A DNA stretch of 48,922 nucleotides from a virus (Duplodnaviria; Caudoviricetes), in the IMG/VR virus record IMGVR_UViG_3300032267_000653, positions 1 to 48,922 of that record. One strand, given 5' to 3'. The translations under genes and the position numbers were made by a program. Under the pieces are notes generated by a model. The model was not told the origin of the DNA and made no database searches. It worked only from the letters and a program-made list of their open reading frames with translations. Of the stretch, positions 28,902 through 36,897 are shown piece by piece. Numbering within the stretch: the stretch's first letter is position 1; each line of letters opens with the position of its first letter.

Positions 28902-29144
28902 TTAACTTCCCTCAGGTTTGCCAGCTAACTTCGCTAGGTTATAAAAAGAACCGCTTAACACACGCATGTCACACAAAAACTTATCTTGGGCAAAGACATG
29001 AAAGGTGCTACCCCCTTCCTCCGCATTCCGATACTTCTCTACATACATCTCTGCATCTTTGAGAAGGTCTAACATTGTTAGGGCTTTGTCAGCATCCATA
29101 ACAAACTCCTTATTCCATCCCATGTTTACAATTACTTTGCTCAT
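28902..29144 (-). CDS. Hypothetical protein
   Basis: Start MSKVIV after an AAGGA RBS; 80 aa. Confidence 0.6.
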   Translation of the reverse strand: MSKVIVNMGWNKEFVMDADKALTMLDLLKDAEMYVEKYRNAEEGGSTFHVFAQDKFLCDMRVLSGSFYNLAKLAGKPEGS

Positions 29145-29148
29145 ATGA

Positions 29149-30390
29149 TTAGTCCTTAACATGTATCGTCTTACCCACAGAGGCAACAGATTTATTACCT
29201 CCCACAATAGTCCATAAAATCGGTGCATCCCAATCATCTCCCCACTCCCCCACATAGCCATCGGTTAGCATGATGATTGCCTCGGGCTTAATCACCTTCT
29301 CTTTCAAGTAACGCATTACGCAAGTAGGGTCAGTGCCACCACCCCCCTTGGGTTGAGTCGAGCTAACAATGTTATCCACTTGGGAAGAGTCATACTCCTC
29401 ATGCCCTGCAACTGCACCATCCCAATAGATAAGATCGACCTTATCAGGATGAACATCTTTAGCAATCCCTTGCACCTCGGATAAGAACTCCGCTAACTCC
29501 TTACCACCTACTGAGCCACTCGTATCAATGCCAATCACAAGATGACCTACACGCTCACCTATTAGAGTAGGCATATAAATATCTTGACCTAGGTATCTAC
29601 GATTAACTCTGCGCCATGAACTTGTGTCTTTCGCATTACATGTAGAGCGAACAAACTCCTTGAGCAACTCTCTCCAATCCACTTTGGGTTCAAGCAACTC
29701 TTGCAACTCTCGAGACATTCCACCGCCACCGCTACCTACAAGTTTCTGCTGAGCAATTACACCTTGTCTAATAGCCTGATCTATATCACGCTCTAGCTCT
29801 TTCTTACCTTCTTCGCTCAACGCTTTCGCACCTTCCCAATCGTGGTCATCAAAGCCACCGCCTTGCCCATCTTTACCACCGCTACCACCTCCGCCACCAC
29901 CTCCGCCACCGCCTTCTTCCTCTTCCTCTTTCAGAATGTCGAATACTTGTTTAGCGTTCATACCTCGGAATCGTTCATCGACTGCACCTATCGCCTTACC
30001 ATTACGCTGAGGCATGGCAATAAGTAATTCATCCTTGTCCATATCCTTTAGCTGAAGGTTAATTACATAGTCACACGCTAGGTTTGCAAGATGAGGGTTC
30101 TCATCATTTAGCTTGCGCCATGTAAACAGATGACGATAAGCCTTGTGCAATGTTTCGTGTAAGACTACGAATGCCAACTCTTTATCATCTAAAGATTTAA
30201 TAAACTCACGACCATAGCGTTCATCTCTACCATTAGTGCATGCCGTTGGAACATTGTCATCTACACTTGTCTTGCCGACAGTCATCAAGCCTGACCATAA
30301 TGCGAACTTCGGATTACGCATGATTGAAATCTTAACTTTGCTCAATCTGCGTTCTTCTTTGTCTTTGACTACTTGAGTATCACCTAACAT
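29149..30390 (-). CDS. Metallopeptidase-vWA protein (DUF2201-like)
   Basis: TACTNG, HETLH, NLACDYVIN, Gly-rich linker, MIDAS-like IDTSGS, GGGT and LTDG. Confidence 0.85.
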   Translation of the reverse strand: MLGDTQVVKDKEERRLSKVKISIMRNPKFALWSGLMTVGKTSVDDNVPTACTNGRDERYGREFIKSLDDKELAFVVLHETLHKAYRHLFTWRKLNDENPHLANLACDYVINLQLKDMDKDELLIAMPQRNGKAIGAVDERFRGMNAKQVFDILKEEEEEGGGGGGGGGGSGGKDGQGGGFDDHDWEGAKALSEEGKKELERDIDQAIRQGVIAQQKLVGSGGGGMSRELQELLEPKVDWRELLKEFVRSTCNAKDTSSWRRVNRRYLGQDIYMPTLIGERVGHLVIGIDTSGSVGGKELAEFLSEVQGIAKDVHPDKVDLIYWDGAVAGHEEYDSSQVDNIVSSTQPKGGGGTDPTCVMRYLKEKVIKPEAIIMLTDGYVGEWGDDWDAPILWTIVGGNKSVASVGKTIHVKD

Positions 30391-30392
30391 TG

Positions 30393-30557
30393 TTAGCCCT
30401 TTCTTTTTGTTGTATCAAAAAAATCTTCTGCTTTATAACCTTTGGCATACATCAACTTGCGCAACTTACCTAGCGCCCGCTCTTGTATCTGCCTTACTCT
30501 TTCTCTACTAATCTTAGACTCCTCAGTAAGGCGTGGTCGCCCTCGTTGTTTGTCCAT
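30393..30557 (-). CDS. Mini protein with the sigma70 region 4.2 helix
   Basis: MDKQRGRPRLTEESKISRERVRQIQERALGKLRK; TAATG-coupled to the AAA gene. Confidence 0.65.
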   Translation of the reverse strand: MDKQRGRPRLTEESKISRERVRQIQERALGKLRKLMYAKGYKAEDFFDTTKRKG

Positions 30558-31624
30558 TACAGTAAGTCCTCGTTCTTCTGCACCCAATCAGCGAACTTGC
30601 TACTAGAGAATGCGATAGCCTGTTTACTTGGTGACTTAGCAATGTTGATAGCAAAGCATGCTTGCCACTCGGGTTGGAATCGTTCAATGTATTCCATGAA
30701 CTTAGGCATACTCTGCTTATCCATCTTGCTGATAGCACCGAATACAATGATTGCGCATGCGCCTGCACTCTCGGGAACTAAGGCAGTCTTAGGATTAGCA
30801 ATCACCGACTCCCATGTAGGAAGCTGGTCTGAGAACTCTATGTATGCTTGCATATCACGACTCGCTGATTCACCTACCGCACCACTCATTGCACATATCA
30901 AGCTATCGGCATCTAATTGTGAACGCACCCTAACAATGTTAGATACTCTCTCCAATGAACGAGGCGATACGAATGCCATCTGCATCTTCTTTGGATTGAA
31001 GATATACGGATTGTCTGCTTGCCCATCATCTAAGTAGCTAGCCATTGCATGAGGGAATTGTCTTACCCACGCAATAATCTCAGGCGCAATATCATTCTCG
31101 ATTGCCCAAGCCATCCACTCCTCAGCATCAGGCTTTCTTACATGTAGCGGAATAATACGATTCATACTATGGGCTTTCAGGGAATCGCCTACACCATCAC
31201 TAGATAGATTGCCTGTCAGAAAAGTAATAGACTCGGGGTGCAATGAGATATCACCTAGTCGTGGGTTTGCCACCTCCAACATGGGGTGCAACATATTCTT
31301 AATAGGGTCAGCGCCCTTCGTATACTCATCTAACATTGTTATGACGGGTTTACCCAGATGCAATTTAAATCTACTGTTAGGGTAGTAGGCAGTAGTCTTT
31401 GTCTCCCGATCAATGACGGGCATAGCAATATCGCCCAAGTCCATGTTAGGCACATCTATATAGGACACCTCATGGTCGGGGAGCTTTGCTGATAGCGACT
31501 TAAGTAGAGACGATTTGCCAATCCCTGGCTCGCCACGCAAAAAGTAGCGATTCATCGGGGTAGAAAGAATGATGTTTGATGCTTGTGCTAGTGTCACTGT
31601 TTTACCAAAGTTTATTTCAGCCAT
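30557..31624 (-). CDS. MoxR-like AAA+ ATPase
   Basis: Walker A GEPGIGKS, Walker B MLDE, TGN, NR and SPRS motifs. Confidence 0.85.
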   Translation of the reverse strand: MAEINFGKTVTLAQASNIILSTPMNRYFLRGEPGIGKSSLLKSLSAKLPDHEVSYIDVPNMDLGDIAMPVIDRETKTTAYYPNSRFKLHLGKPVITMLDEYTKGADPIKNMLHPMLEVANPRLGDISLHPESITFLTGNLSSDGVGDSLKAHSMNRIIPLHVRKPDAEEWMAWAIENDIAPEIIAWVRQFPHAMASYLDDGQADNPYIFNPKKMQMAFVSPRSLERVSNIVRVRSQLDADSLICAMSGAVGESASRDMQAYIEFSDQLPTWESVIANPKTALVPESAGACAIIVFGAISKMDKQSMPKFMEYIERFQPEWQACFAINIAKSPSKQAIAFSSSKFADWVQKNEDLL

Positions 31625-31723
31625 GCTTTGTTTCTCCTGTTGTTGTGATTACATCTACTGCGTTAGCCCTAACATTGTTAGGGGGGTTGAAAACTTTAAC
31701 ATTTATTATTTAATATATACTAT

Positions 31724-31752
31724 ATTATAACACATTTTATTAGACAGATCAA
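31724..31752 (-). promoter_or_regulatory. Early sigma70-type promoter
   Basis: TTGATC, 17-nt spacer, TATAAT with extended TG and an AT-rich upstream tract. Confidence 0.75.
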
Positions 31753-31797
31753 GTATTCTTCCGAAAAATAAAAATAATTCGGAATGACCTAACATTG

Positions 31798-32727
31798 TTA
31801 TGCCTCATGTAATCTGCGCCATCCGTCTCTAAAGTATTTGCCATTGCTATCTCTGCGAGCCACACCTATGGGCACTTGCTTAGGCACAAGCACATCATCT
31901 CGGTGGAATCCCACAATCAAATCGTCAAGGGCTACCTTGATCTTCTTCTCCATCACCACATAGCCTTCGGGTTCATGGTATTTATGGTTGCCATATGACT
32001 TAGCTAGTAGCAGTAAAGCCTTATAGAAATTCTCATGCTGACTTTCACCCTCTGACTTCATCAGGGTAAATAGATTCTTGATTGAATCAGTCCACTTATC
32101 GTAAGCACGATTGCCTAACTCAACACCCATATCCATTGCATTGGGGAACTTAGAATGGGGGAACACTCGAGCCATCTCCGATGCTAGGTAAGGGTCATTG
32201 CCTTTAAGTCTGCTCATCCGACTAACATAATCAAGGAAGGGCTTGTATTGCGCCCTAACATTGTTAGCCTTCTTGCGGTCAATCGCATGCACATACTTAG
32301 GCGGTAGCTTGTCAGTCTTAACCTCAAGGTTGCCTTGCCCATTCATGCGTAGCCATATACCCTCATCGCCCAACGCAAACTCACCTTGCTTGGTGCGCAC
32401 ATACAGATCGTTGTTATAGATACGACTGCTCACACCCCATAGAACTTCGTCTATGAAATTGCAAGTCGATACACTATTCCACATATCATTCATGATGCGG
32501 ATATCACCGTCTGCAAAGAAGCTTACTACTGCTGTCTTATACAGAACACAAGCCACACCCCCCTCGGGTAGCAACTCGATCTTGTATTGGTCAGCCTGTC
32601 GTCTGTTGCCAAGGGGTCTTACATCTACACCCCTACCACGAATGGGCTTGGTCGACTCCCACTTGTGGAATGCCTCGTTGTAATTTGCAAGGGGATGAAT
32701 CCCCGAATTTCTATGGTGTCCGTACAT
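31798..32727 (-). CDS. Hypothetical protein
   Basis: 309 aa, GAGG RBS. Confidence 0.75.
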   Translation of the reverse strand: MYGHHRNSGIHPLANYNEAFHKWESTKPIRGRGVDVRPLGNRRQADQYKIELLPEGGVACVLYKTAVVSFFADGDIRIMNDMWNSVSTCNFIDEVLWGVSSRIYNNDLYVRTKQGEFALGDEGIWLRMNGQGNLEVKTDKLPPKYVHAIDRKKANNVRAQYKPFLDYVSRMSRLKGNDPYLASEMARVFPHSKFPNAMDMGVELGNRAYDKWTDSIKNLFTLMKSEGESQHENFYKALLLLAKSYGNHKYHEPEGYVVMEKKIKVALDDLIVGFHRDDVLVPKQVPIGVARRDSNGKYFRDGWRRLHEA

Positions 32728-32759
32728 GATTACTTATCCTCGTTTAGTTGCGCTGCGCA

Positions 32760-32897
32760 TTACTCTTCTATACCTACTCTCTTAGTCCTAACAATGTTAG
32801 GCTTGTGCTTCCCACTACTGCGTTTCGGTTGCATGATTAGCGCCCGCACAATCGGGTTGCGTTGTAGCGGTATCTTCTTTCTTGGTCTCTTTTTCAT
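32760..32897 (-). CDS. Small basic hypothetical protein (not in the ORF track)
   Basis: MKKRPRKKIPLQRNPIVRALIMQPKRSSGKHKPNIVRTKRVGIEE (45 aa). Confidence 0.45.
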   Translation of the reverse strand: MKKRPRKKIPLQRNPIVRALIMQPKRSSGKHKPNIVRTKRVGIEE

Positions 32898-33339
32898 CTG
32901 TATCTCTCTTTCCTAAGTAATCATCAGCATCAAACTGCAATGCACTAAAGGCATGGAAGTAGTCATAGCATGGGTCATCCCCAAACTCCATCTCCTCTAT
33001 GTCATCGTTCTCCTCGCCCACTCGCACAAAGTAGCCTGATATACCCTCGATATCTTGCATCTGCTCCCACATCTCGTTCCATGCTTTCACATCTTCGTAG
33101 TCGGGATACCACTTCCAATCGTTGCCATACAAAATAAACTTGCCATTCTGCCACCCAAAGCTATCGGCATCTGAGGTGTTGTTTATCTGCCATAACTCAT
33201 AGAACCTAGACAACTTGATGAACCCAATCATCTCTTTGAACTTAGCCCTGTCGTAGTCAAAGTAATGACTGCCTTTCTCATCTTCTTTACGCACTACATC
33301 TACGCTGATACACCCAGCTAGCTGAGATCTATACCCCAT
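32815..33339 (-). CDS. Acidic hypothetical protein
   Basis: 174 aa; MGYRS start, WKWY and RVGEENDDIEE; GAGGAG RBS. Confidence 0.7.
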   Translation of the reverse strand: MGYRSQLAGCISVDVVRKEDEKGSHYFDYDRAKFKEMIGFIKLSRFYELWQINNTSDADSFGWQNGKFILYGNDWKWYPDYEDVKAWNEMWEQMQDIEGISGYFVRVGEENDDIEEMEFGDDPCYDYFHAFSALQFDADDYLGKRDTDEKETKKEDTATTQPDCAGANHATETQ

Positions 33340-33499
33340 CTTTCATCTCCTCTAACATTGTTAGGGCTTTCTTACGCATGGCTTCCATGCCCTGATTGAA
33401 TCCTTCGCAAAACAATAGGCGGTCATCATCCGTAAAGATGTTGCCTTCCATCTCGTCAAAGGTATAGAACGCATCCATTGCATCTAAAGTATCTTCCAT
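33329..33499 (-). CDS. Small acidic protein (not in the ORF track)
   Basis: MEDTLDAMDAFYTFDEMEGNIFTDDDRLLFCEGFNQGMEAMRKKALTMLEEMKDGV, AGGAG RBS. Confidence 0.65.
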   Translation of the reverse strand: MEDTLDAMDAFYTFDEMEGNIFTDDDRLLFCEGFNQGMEAMRKKALTMLEEMKDGV

Positions 33500-33500
33500 C

Positions 33501-33680
33501 TCATTCTCCTGTTAAAAATTTAATTGCGCTTAAAAGTTTTGGTGCTAGATAGTCGTCATAATCTGATTCATCTGCCAACCTATCACTAAGTTCTACAAGA
33601 AAATGAATTAAATCATCGTCTTCTTCGATAAATGTTCCTTCGTGATACTCAGGGTTCTGTGTAAATAGTCCGTCTTTCAT
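33501..33680 (-). CDS. Small, highly acidic protein (not in the ORF track)
   Basis: MKDGLFTQNPEYHEGTFIEEDDDLIHFLVELSDRLADESDYDDYLAPKLLSAIKFLTGE, GAGGAGG RBS. Confidence 0.65.
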   Translation of the reverse strand: MKDGLFTQNPEYHEGTFIEEDDDLIHFLVELSDRLADESDYDDYLAPKLLSAIKFLTGE

Positions 33681-33838
33681 GTCACTTCCTCCTCGTTTGT
33701 TAATACACCTTCAATAAACCCCCTAACGAAAGGCTCAAGCCCATCATCAACAGGGTCGTTGTCCATCTCGTTGATATACAAATTCCTAGCGTAAGCATCT
33801 AATCGCTTGATGCGTTCTACATTTTCTTTGGTTCTCAT
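33677..33838 (-). CDS. Small hypothetical protein (not in the ORF track)
   Basis: MRTKENVERIKRLDAYARNLYINEMDNDPVDDGLEPFVRGFIEGVLTNEEEVT, AAGGAG RBS, ATGA overlap. Confidence 0.65.
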   Translation of the reverse strand: MRTKENVERIKRLDAYARNLYINEMDNDPVDDGLEPFVRGFIEGVLTNEEEVT

Positions 33839-33839
33839 A

Positions 33840-34022
33840 CTATTCTCCTTGTAGTGCGGTTAGTTTTGCCTTTGCTATTGCTAGCGTAGTCCTTGCCTCT
33901 ACTGCTCTTAATGCTTGCGTCTCGTTTTCGTAGGCATCGTGGTTATCTTCCAATGCTTTGCTCAACTCATCTATCTGCTTAAGCAACTCACTAATGCGTT
34001 GCCCTTTGTAATACTCTTTCAT
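33840..34022 (-). CDS. Small coiled-coil protein
   Basis: Start MKEYYK with GGGAG RBS; 60 aa. Confidence 0.6.
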   Translation of the reverse strand: MKEYYKGQRISELLKQIDELSKALEDNHDAYENETQALRAVEARTTLAIAKAKLTALQGE

Positions 34023-34195
34023 ACAAACTCCCTTATCCAATCAATCCTAACAATGTTAGGGTCTATCCATTTAGCCATGCGCTTTTGATACGGCTTATCT
34101 ATCGGGTATTCAACTAGCAATCCCCACTTACCACTACGCACATAGGCATAGAACTCTGGCTTATCTGGCTTTTGATAAACCTTAATCACTACCAT
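34019..34195 (-). CDS. Small hypothetical protein (not in the ORF track)
   Basis: MVVIKVYQKPDKPEFYAYVRSGKWGLLVEYPIDKPYQKRMAKWIDPNIVRIDWIREFV, ATGA overlap with the next gene. Confidence 0.55.
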   Translation of the reverse strand: MVVIKVYQKPDKPEFYAYVRSGKWGLLVEYPIDKPYQKRMAKWIDPNIVRIDWIREFV

Positions 34196-34200
34196 TTAAA

Positions 34201-34467
34201 TCACCCATTAAATCCCCCCATCCTGTAAGCCACTCCATCGAGAAACCCTTGCACATACCCATCACAGGCAGATGCTCGTCTGTCCAACTTGACTACCTTA
34301 TCGCTCTCTGCATACTCATAAGCCTTGGTCAATGCGTAGTCAAAGATTGTCCCTCGGTCTTTCGGTTGCATATCATCTAACAATGTTAGGACTTTTTTGC
34401 GTTGCTCTGCCCCCAAACTAAACACCAAGTCGCATAGCTCGTAGTAGTCCCTGTCTTTTACTTTCAT
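34201..34467 (-). CDS. Hypothetical protein
   Basis: 88 aa, GGGGGAG RBS. Confidence 0.65.
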   Translation of the reverse strand: MKVKDRDYYELCDLVFSLGAEQRKKVLTLLDDMQPKDRGTIFDYALTKAYEYAESDKVVKLDRRASACDGYVQGFLDGVAYRMGGFNG

Positions 34468-34718
34468 CTGCTCCCCCTTCGGTTATCTAAATACCCTTCA
34501 ATCCACATAAACTTTTCGTGGTCGTTGGGGTTGTTCGGATACTTATACTTAATACTGTCGGGGTTGTTATCCCTAAGCCACCGCAAATAAGCATCTTCTG
34601 CTCTGTTGCGTAGGTATTGCTCATGCTCTAAATGTTCATACATAACCCGACACGCATTCCAATATGGATATTCCCTTTCTCGTTGCTTTAGTTTGCGTAG
34701 CATCTGCTCTTCTGTCAT
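34464..34718 (-). CDS. Hypothetical protein
   Basis: Start MTEEQML with GAGGA RBS and ATGA overlaps. Confidence 0.65.
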   Translation of the reverse strand: MTEEQMLRKLKQREREYPYWNACRVMYEHLEHEQYLRNRAEDAYLRWLRDNNPDSIKYKYPNNPNDHEKFMWIEGYLDNRRGSR

Positions 34719-34918
34719 GTTGTCCTCTTCGGGTTGGTAAAACACAATTCTTGTGGGTTGTGGATATATTGATACGCACCCTTGGAATATGGGATTTGCA
34801 CAATATGCTTTACACGCTTTGCGACTTTATCGCCACATCCTAGGCATGTCGTATACCCTAAGTCAAGTCTGCCAATCGGTATCTCCTCGCCACATTCACA
34901 ATCTATGCCATATAACAT
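34715..34918 (-). CDS. Small zinc-finger protein (DksA/TraR C4-like spacing)
   Basis: MLYGIDCECGEEIPIGRLDLGYTTCLGCGD...; the ATG lies inside a palindrome copy. Confidence 0.6.
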   Translation of the reverse strand: MLYGIDCECGEEIPIGRLDLGYTTCLGCGDKVAKRVKHIVQIPYSKGAYQYIHNPQELCFTNPKRTT

Positions 34919-34928
34919 TGTTAGCCCC

Positions 34929-35198
34929 TTATCTTGGTTGAGTGCGTTCTCTGAGTGATGCAATATCCCTGCCCGATACCATACATAGGGATAACAACAT
35001 AGGTGTTTTCTCCTGTAAGGCACAGCCAATACCCCAAAGGAACGCATGCTGATTCTCTTTATACTTCTTGGTCTTAGGGTTGAGGCGGTTGCTATTTGCA
35101 TACTCTTCCCACTTGGCTACCAATTCTTGAGTAGGGCTAACATTGTTAGGCGCAGCCTGCTTAACATCATCACCAAAGTCAATATCTAACTGAGCCAT
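34929..35198 (-). CDS. Hypothetical protein
   Basis: 89 aa, AAGGAG RBS. Confidence 0.65.
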   Translation of the reverse strand: MAQLDIDFGDDVKQAAPNNVSPTQELVAKWEEYANSNRLNPKTKKYKENQHAFLWGIGCALQEKTPMLLSLCMVSGRDIASLRERTQPR

Positions 35199-35293
35199 TA
35201 TTGAACTCCTTTCTGAACTAGGAACATAACAAAGTGGAACATGAAATACATTGGTGCAACGACCAATGCCATAAACGCAATAAACTTATTCAT
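35198..35293 (-). CDS. Small membrane peptide (not in the ORF track)
   Basis: MNKFIAFMALVVAPMYFMFHFVMFLVQKGVQ; GGAG RBS, TAATG overlap. Confidence 0.55.
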   Translation of the reverse strand: MNKFIAFMALVVAPMYFMFHFVMFLVQKGVQ

Positions 35294-35380
35294 CTGACTA
35301 TCTCCAAAGTAGACCTAACAATGTTAGGGGTTGAACAAAATATAAAATGAGGCTTTTTTAAATTCTCACATATATCTTAT

Positions 35381-35409
35381 ATTATAACACATTTAATTGG
35401 ACAGATCAA
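35381..35409 (-). promoter_or_regulatory. Early sigma70-type promoter
   Basis: TTGATC, 17-nt spacer, TATAAT with extended TG. Nearly identical to the promoter at 31724. Confidence 0.75.
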
Positions 35410-35612
35410 GTTTTTTGGGCAGAATTCGACCCTCGTTCCGAATTATTTTTGGGCACAATTCAATCCCTAGCCTCTCCCTTTGGGGAATTCCCTTTGGGCT
35501 ACCACCCCTCTAGGAACTGTCATTTCCCGAAATGACAATCGGGAAAAAGCTTTGGGCAAAAATGGCAAATGGGGCAAATGGGGCAAAGACCTAACATTGT
35601 TAGGGCATGGAC

Positions 35613-35641
35613 AAAAAAATACCCTGCACTAGGCAGGGTAT
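35613..35641 (-). terminator. Intrinsic terminator
   Basis: ATACCCTGC-ACTAG-GCAGGGTAT with an A7 tract on +. Confidence 0.8.
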
Positions 35642-35660
35642 GTAAGTGGGAGGGCAGGGG

Positions 35661-36188
35661 TTAGTCTGCAATCATCCCGATATCAACTCCCATTTCAGCC
35701 AAAGCCTCAGCAATCTTCTGCTGAACTTTAGTCAATTTTGGGGACAGAGATTCCTGTCTGCGGTTGAACTTATAGAGGGTTGTCAATTCCTCAAGATTAC
35801 GCAACTCAGGGGAACGATTGTGCTTTGCATCATCCGAACCTTCTGCAACTTCACCATCTGCACCTTCTGCAGTAGGTGTATCAGGTTTGCCATAACGAGC
35901 CTCAAGACCATAATCACGCACATCCTTCCAAACCTTAGAGGGGTTTGAATGTTTGCCCGCTTTCAAGCCCACAAAGAATAATTCCTTTTCCTTGCGAACT
36001 GCTTTGCCCTCATCCGAAGAATCGGTGTGGCTTACTGCGAACCAATCGAATGAATCGAACTTCAGATTAAGGGCTTTTGCGTATTCCACATTAGCACCAT
36101 AAACAGAGGTTTGAGCCTCGATTGCACCTTGACGCTTTTCAGCAACGATTGCATCAACATCCACACCATACACATTTAATTGAACCAT
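35661..36188 (-). CDS. Unknown early protein, paralog A
   Basis: 175 aa with its own promoter and terminator. Clearly homologous to 37413-37925. Confidence 0.85.
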   Translation of the reverse strand: MVQLNVYGVDVDAIVAEKRQGAIEAQTSVYGANVEYAKALNLKFDSFDWFAVSHTDSSDEGKAVRKEKELFFVGLKAGKHSNPSKVWKDVRDYGLEARYGKPDTPTAEGADGEVAEGSDDAKHNRSPELRNLEELTTLYKFNRRQESLSPKLTKVQQKIAEALAEMGVDIGMIAD

Positions 36189-36263
36189 TTTGATTACTCC
36201 CTAACAATGTTAGGTTGAATAGAGAACCTAACTAACTCTTTACTGCTTTCATACTATAAGTAT

Positions 36264-36292
36264 AGTATAACACATTATAATGACTAAATCAA
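36264..36292 (-). promoter_or_regulatory. Early sigma70-type promoter
   Basis: TTGATT, 17-nt spacer, TATACT with extended TG. Confidence 0.7.
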
Positions 36293-36324
36293 GTATTCTT
36301 CCGAAATATTTAAATTTTTCGGAA

Positions 36325-36690
36325 CGGGGGTAATATTAGAAAAAATAGGTAATATTAGAAAAGTGGAGGTTTTTCTAATGTATTTTCTAATAATGTAAAA
36401 CCCAATAAGTATAAGGCTTAGAGAGGAGAAAATTAGGTATTATTAGATTATTAGACTTTTTAAAAATTTATATACCCCCAGAGGGATTCTTGCTATTGTA
36501 AGATTTCGCACTGCGCTAAAGGCTCTCTTTAGAACTTCATACACAATTTCTTGCACTTTTCTAATAATACCCCAAAAACGCTTGTAAGTCTTTGATTATA
36601 AAGGCTTTTGTATTATAAGAATTGGACTTTGCTTTTCTAATAATACACGCAAGTCCTTGATTTTAAAAGATGCAATATTAGAAAACCTTT
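36325..36690. other. AT-rich iteron-like region with two IHF-consensus sites (candidate origin)
   Basis: Non-coding. About 7 copies of TTTTCTAAT(A) in both orientations; YAANNNNTTGATW at 36585-36597 and 36650-36662. Confidence 0.5.
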
Positions 36691-36865
36691 TTTGGCCAAG
36701 CCCTAACATTGTTAGGGGCACAATGGGCTTCCACTCCTCTGAGAACTGTCATTCCCAACATGACAAAATCTTGACTTCGGGGCTTTGGACTCCCACCCTC
36801 CTGAGAACTATCATTTCCAGAAAATGATGGAAACAAAAAAGCCCTAACAATGTTAGGGCATGGGC

Positions 36866-36890
36866 AAAAAAAATCCCCTTTCGGGGATTT
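36866..36890 (-). terminator. Intrinsic terminator
   Basis: Minus strand AAATCCCC-GAAA-GGGGATTT followed by a U-tract. Confidence 0.8.
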
Positions 36891-36897
36891 GGTGCGG

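Larger units (their letters stand above)
35493..36829. repeat. ~45-bp repeat with a TRTCAT...ATGAY inverted repeat, 3 copies
   Basis: Copies at 35493-35538, 36724-36766 and 36784-36829, sharing TGGRCT.CCAC..C.C...GAACTRTCATT...ATGAY. Confidence 0.85.

Noticed and set aside
29855-29930. GGT/GGC-rich tract (also 3721-3744)
   Set aside because: It encodes ordinary poly-Gly/Glu linkers.
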